DNA of 64,000 nucleotides from Candidatus Neptunichlamydia sp. (GTDB lineage Bacteria; Chlamydiota; Chlamydiia; Chlamydiales; Simkaniaceae): NCBI GenBank assembly GCA_965233865.1, contig OZ247587.1, positions 576,001 to 640,000 of the forward strand, read 5' to 3'. Shown piece by piece: positions 59,804 to 64,000 of this stretch (position 1 is its first letter; each line of letters starts with the position of its first letter). The notes under the pieces were generated by a model. It saw only the letters and a program-made list of their open reading frames with translations, ran no database searches and was not told where the DNA came from. The position numbers and the translations under genes were made by a program.

Positions 59804-60985
59804 ATGTCTAAAGCTTATGCTTTATTAGCACTGCTAGTGTTAGGAGCTTTTTCGGCTCCCGCATTTGCAGACGCAGCCCCCTCTCTCGACAAATCGATTA
59901 CATCGGCTGGTACAACCCCTGCGCATTCGGGTTCAAAGTTCAAAGCCTTCACTGGAAAAATCGTTGGAAGCAGCGTTCGAATGCGAACCTTTGCTGACTT
60001 AGATAGTCACATTATTACCGAACTCAGCAAAGACGAGTATGTTGTTGTGACCGGAGAAAAAGGAGATTTCTATACAGTAGAAGCCCCACCAGATTTAAAA
60101 GCATATATCTTCCGCGGATTTGTCATTGATGATATCGTTGAAGGCGATCGCGTCAATGTCCGCCTTTCTCCTGATCGTGATGCCCCCATTATCGGACACT
60201 ATAGCACCGGGCATCCCGTTAACGGAAACATTTGTGATGACAACAACAAATGGATGGAGATTAAGGCTCCAAAGAGCACTCAATTTTTCATTGCTAAAGA
60301 ATATGTTGAGTATGCTGGAAAGCCCGAGCTTAAAATTATTCAAGACAAACGAAAATCGGCAGTTACTCAGCTCTTAGAATCGACAAATCTTCTCAGCCAA
60401 GCTGAAATGCGTAAAGCTTTTCATGAAATCGACATTGAGCGCGTAACACATAACTACAGCACCATTATTAATGACTTTAACGACTTCCCGGCATTTGTCA
60501 CTTCGGCAAAGAAGGAACTTCATACAATTCAGGAAGACTACTTGCACCGCAAGATTTCTTTCCTGGAAGCTAAAGCATCAAATATGGGTAAAGGCCAAGA
60601 AGTTTCTGGCAGTATCTATGAAGTTGCTTACCATTCTGAAGATGCTCTTTCTCCAACAGACCGGATGAAGGTTTGGGAGCCCATTGAAGAAGCCATGTAT
60701 TTGAGCTGGTCATCTATGCACCACGCCAAAACAATGGACGATTTCTACACAGACCAGAAAATGAAGAGCAAGACAGTTTCAGGCATCTTGGAATCATACA
60801 GAGAACCTGTAAAAAACAAGCCAGGTAACTTTATCGTAAAAGATCGAGATATTACCGTAGCATATGTTTATAGTACGCACGTTAATCTTGAAGACTTTAT
60901 TGGGAAGCGAGTCAATTTAATTGTCTCTTCTAGACCCAATAACAGCTTCGCATTCCCTGCGTACTACGTCCTTGAAGTTGAATAA
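59804..60985 (+). CDS. SH3-domain exported protein (CT017/Ctad1-like)
   Basis: Signal peptide; two SH3b-like repeats (VRMR..., VNVRLSP...II); RPNNSFAFPAY. Confidence 0.8.
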   Translation: MSKAYALLALLVLGAFSAPAFADAAPSLDKSITSAGTTPAHSGSKFKAFTGKIVGSSVRMRTFADLDSHIITELSKDEYVVVTGEKGDFYTVEAPPDLKAYIFRGFVIDDIVEGDRVNVRLSPDRDAPIIGHYSTGHPVNGNICDDNNKWMEIKAPKSTQFFIAKEYVEYAGKPELKIIQDKRKSAVTQLLESTNLLSQAEMRKAFHEIDIERVTHNYSTIINDFNDFPAFVTSAKKELHTIQEDYLHRKISFLEAKASNMGKGQEVSGSIYEVAYHSEDALSPTDRMKVWEPIEEAMYLSWSSMHHAKTMDDFYTDQKMKSKTVSGILESYREPVKNKPGNFIVKDRDITVAYVYSTHVNLEDFIGKRVNLIVSSRPNNSFAFPAYYVLEVE

Positions 60986-61034
60986 GAAGGACGTTAATTC
61001 CTCTTTATCGGCCCTCCCTCCTATCTCCTTTGAG

Positions 61035-61805
61035 ATGAGAGAGTGGGCCGTTTCTATTTTAGGAGCCGATACCCTAGACGGAAAATTGTGGGCTCCCAAA
61101 AAGCTTACAGATTTTCAACCCGGATCCTCTATGGAATGGAATGAGCCAACCCGCCCAACTCACCTCCGTTTTCAAAAAGTAAAAAAAGAAAACAAACTCC
61201 CTCCCTTTCATGATCACCATAAGCCAGATAGCCGCGCAGCATGTCTCCACCGCTTTGCTGGACACGAGCTTCTTGCTGTTGAAATTATGGCTTATGCCCT
61301 ACTAAAATTCCCTGACGCTCCCAGCCATTTTCGCAGAGGGCTTGCCCACACTCTGAAAGAAGAACAAGAACATGTCCGCCTCTATCTTTTGCAACTGAAG
61401 AGATTGGGTGTCAGTTTTGGAGATCTTCCCCTTTACCGCCACTTCTGGTGTCATACCCCCTATCTAAGCTCCCCAATTGAATATGTTTCGGTGATGAGTT
61501 TGACCTTCGAAATGGCCAATCTTGATTTTGCCCCAATGTATGGGCAGTCTTTCGAAAAACATGGAGACAAGGAAGCTGGAGCACTCATGGCGCGAATCTT
61601 AAAAGACGAAATTGCCCACGTCTCATTTGGTTGGAGGTGGCTTCAAAAATTTAAATCCCCTCAGCTGAGCGACTGGGATGCCTGGAAGGAAGCTCAGAGT
61701 CCCCTTCTTGTACCAAAGCGAGCGCGAGGCTTTGTAATTCATGAAAATCATCGGAAGCAAGCGGGTGTCTCGCCGCAGTGGATCGAAAGCTTGAAATCCC
61801 TCTAA
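61035..61805 (+). CDS. DUF455 ferritin-like protein
   Basis: LH.FA.HELLAVE, EEQEH, FE..NLD, DEIAHVSFG..W; start uncertain. Confidence 0.85.
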   Translation: MREWAVSILGADTLDGKLWAPKKLTDFQPGSSMEWNEPTRPTHLRFQKVKKENKLPPFHDHHKPDSRAACLHRFAGHELLAVEIMAYALLKFPDAPSHFRRGLAHTLKEEQEHVRLYLLQLKRLGVSFGDLPLYRHFWCHTPYLSSPIEYVSVMSLTFEMANLDFAPMYGQSFEKHGDKEAGALMARILKDEIAHVSFGWRWLQKFKSPQLSDWDAWKEAQSPLLVPKRARGFVIHENHRKQAGVSPQWIESLKSL

Positions 61806-61826
61806 CTTTCTGCTACAATCTTTCCC

Positions 61827-63254
61827 ATGATTCAACTATTAGCTATTATTCTTTACTTTTCACTAGCCTTGAGCGTAGGTTTTTTTTCATATAAAAAACA
61901 AACAAATGCTGCGGGATTTCTGATGGGGAACCGCTCGCTGGGAACATGGCTCACAGCGCTTGCTGCCCATGCAAGTGACATGAGCAACTGGCTTTTTATG
62001 GGTTATCCTGCCATCATCTTTGTTGGCGGCCTTTTCAACGCATGGGTAGCCATTGGCCTTTCCCTTTGCATGCTCCTTAATTGGCAGTGGATTGCTCCCA
62101 AACTCCGTATCCTTACTGAAAAGATGGGCAATCTCACTCTCTCTAGCTTTTTTGAATCGAGACTAAATGATCACACTGGAAAAATTCGCCTTTTTTCAGC
62201 AGGAATTTGTTTCGTGTTTTATACGATCTATATCGCAGCAGGCCTTGTTGGATTAGGCGCTTTAGCTGAAAGTCTCTTTGGAATTGAGTACTCGCTTGGA
62301 ATCATCATCGGGATTGGGATTGTCATTATCTACGTCCTAATCGGTGGGTTTACCACTTTAGCGTGGCTAGATCTCTTTCAAGGTCTTTTTCTCCTGGGAG
62401 TCATTTTAGTTGTTCCTTTCTTAATCTTAGGCAAAGTAGGAGGATTTCCTGCAATTGGACAGGTTCTTGCTGATAAAGCTTCCCTCATTCCCTCATTAAA
62501 GGGTTTTACTTTCTTTCAAATTATCTCGATGGCACTCGGATGGGGACTTGGGTATTTTGGGCAACCGCATATCCTCACGAAATTTATGGGAATCCGAGAT
62601 GTCTCAAAAATGAAACAGTCGAAGCGCATAGGGATGTCATGGATGGTCCTTTCTTTGTGTGCCGCAACATTTGTTGGTCTTGTGGCTGTCCCGTTCTTTT
62701 CCAATGGAATCTACGACCCCGAGATGATCTTTATTGAGATGGTTAAGGAAACTTTCTCTCCCTTTGTAGCTGGCTTTATCCTCTGCGCAATTATTGCTGC
62801 AATCGTCAATGTCATGAGCTCTCAGCTCCTCATCATTTCTTCGATCCTTTCCGAAGATTTTTATAAAAGGATATCTCACAAAAAAGCGAGTGAAAAAAAA
62901 CTTCTAAAAGTCTCTCGGTTGGGGATCCTTGCCGTTGCGCTTCTTGCTTTCATCATTGCCTTTATGCGCCCTGGATCTATTTTCGAGCTTGTGCTCTATG
63001 CATGGTCGGGACTAGGCGCTGTGTTTGGCCCTCTCCTGATTTATATACTCTACTCAAAACGGGTTACTAAACTAGGTGCATGGATCGGGATGCTCTCAGG
63101 AAGTCTCATTTCAGCCGTATGGCCGTTCATTAATCCTTTTTTGCCCGTACCAATCGACTCCCTTTTACCGGCGTTTATCATCAGTTTTGGATTAAACTGG
63201 GGAATTTCTTACAAACTCACATCAGAAAGATCTATGCAGGAAAGGGTTATTTGA
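61827..63254 (+). CDS. putP: Sodium/proline symporter
   Basis: ASDMS.WL.MGYP, WGLGYFGQPHIL.KFM, AWSGLGA.FGP. Confidence 0.92.
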   Translation: MIQLLAIILYFSLALSVGFFSYKKQTNAAGFLMGNRSLGTWLTALAAHASDMSNWLFMGYPAIIFVGGLFNAWVAIGLSLCMLLNWQWIAPKLRILTEKMGNLTLSSFFESRLNDHTGKIRLFSAGICFVFYTIYIAAGLVGLGALAESLFGIEYSLGIIIGIGIVIIYVLIGGFTTLAWLDLFQGLFLLGVILVVPFLILGKVGGFPAIGQVLADKASLIPSLKGFTFFQIISMALGWGLGYFGQPHILTKFMGIRDVSKMKQSKRIGMSWMVLSLCAATFVGLVAVPFFSNGIYDPEMIFIEMVKETFSPFVAGFILCAIIAAIVNVMSSQLLIISSILSEDFYKRISHKKASEKKLLKVSRLGILAVALLAFIIAFMRPGSIFELVLYAWSGLGAVFGPLLIYILYSKRVTKLGAWIGMLSGSLISAVWPFINPFLPVPIDSLLPAFIISFGLNWGISYKLTSERSMQERVI

Positions 63255-63282
63255 CAATAGCTATCTAGTTTTAGCCAACTTA

Positions 63283-64000
63283 TCAAGAGATGTTTTTCAT
63301 GTCAGATGCTTGAATTTCGCGAGGAACACGATCGATTCCTTCCAGGGTCTCCAACTCTACCGAACGAGCTGCTGCACCCATCTCTTGAAATTTTCTAGCA
63401 GAAACTAACACACGCGACTCAAGAGATCCCACAGCCTTATTGTAGGCATCCACAGAGCTTGCTAAAGTACGGCCAACCTTGCTCCAGTGCTCACTCATAT
63501 CGGTAATCCGTTTATAGAGCTCATGACCAAGCATGCTGACCTCTTGGGCATGAAGAGACAAATTTTCTTGTTTCCAGCCGTATGCAATCGCGCGCAAAAG
63601 GCCAATCAGTGTCGTTGGTGTTGCAATTACAACCCCCTGTTCAACCCCCACTTCAATCAACGAGGGATCATACTCTAGTGCTGAGCTAAAAAAATTATCC
63701 GAAGGAATAAAAAGGACCACAAATTCGGGAGTGGGCTGAAAGCTTTGCCAATAGGCTTTCTTTCCTAGAGCCATTACGTGTTGCCGTACCTGCCGCGCAT
63801 GGTGTCGAAACTTCTTTTCTTTGACAGTTTGATCTTCAGCCTGAATCGCCTCCAAATACGCCTCGCAAGGAGTCTTTGCATCCACAACGACCTGCTTACC
63901 TCCTGGAAGTTTTACGATGAGATCAGGGCGTACTAACCCAGATTCTCTCGTCTCCTGCTCATAGAAGTCACAATGGTTCACCATTCCCGCAAGCTCAACA
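63283..64000 (-). CDS. rmuC: DNA recombination protein RmuC (5' part lies beyond the window)
   Basis: RPDLIVKLPG, VDAK.P, L..KAY, PEFVVLFIP, ATPTTL..LLR, YNKAVGSLE. Confidence 0.93.
   Translation of the reverse strand, partial: VELAGMVNHCDFYEQETRESGLVRPDLIVKLPGGKQVVVDAKTPCEAYLEAIQAEDQTVKEKKFRHHARQVRQHVMALGKKAYWQSFQPTPEFVVLFIPSDNFFSSALEYDPSLIEVGVEQGVVIATPTTLIGLLRAIAYGWKQENLSLHAQEVSMLGHELYKRITDMSEHWSKVGRTLASSVDAYNKAVGSLESRVLVSARKFQEMGAAARSVELETLEGIDRVPREIQASDMKNIS

Overview
This looks like the chromosome of an environmental chlamydia; Simkaniaceae-like is my inference from gene content and order. The core consists of pyrG-ruvX-nadA, zwf-opcA-pgl, a long chlamydial-type lepB, IleRS2-type ileS, tmRNA, cyoABCDE, a PhoH-like ATPase with CT016-like and CT017-like neighbours, putP and rmuC. 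It is littered with IS elements (IS4, IS5, IS3, IS66, IS630, IS256, Tn3), most of them decayed. Two accessory regions interrupt the core. (1) About 16.7-24.1 kb is a conjugative-element relic holding an Inc-like ORF, IS66, a truncated traD and a HEPN/Toprim-associated putative defence gene. (2) About 34.7-43.0 kb is an island next to the tmRNA 3' end, with a broken tyrosine integrase and arm-like repeats. It carries a decayed polymorphic toxin followed by two candidate immunity genes (the adjacent one intact) and an intact PI4K-type-II-like kinase gene. The best leads are that toxin/immunity cassette, the kinase as a candidate effector, and a eukaryote-like protein-L-isoaspartate methyltransferase with an N-terminal signal and a Tudor-like barrel. 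No CRISPR array, rRNA or tRNA gene was seen. All family calls come from motif recognition by eye; no database search was run.
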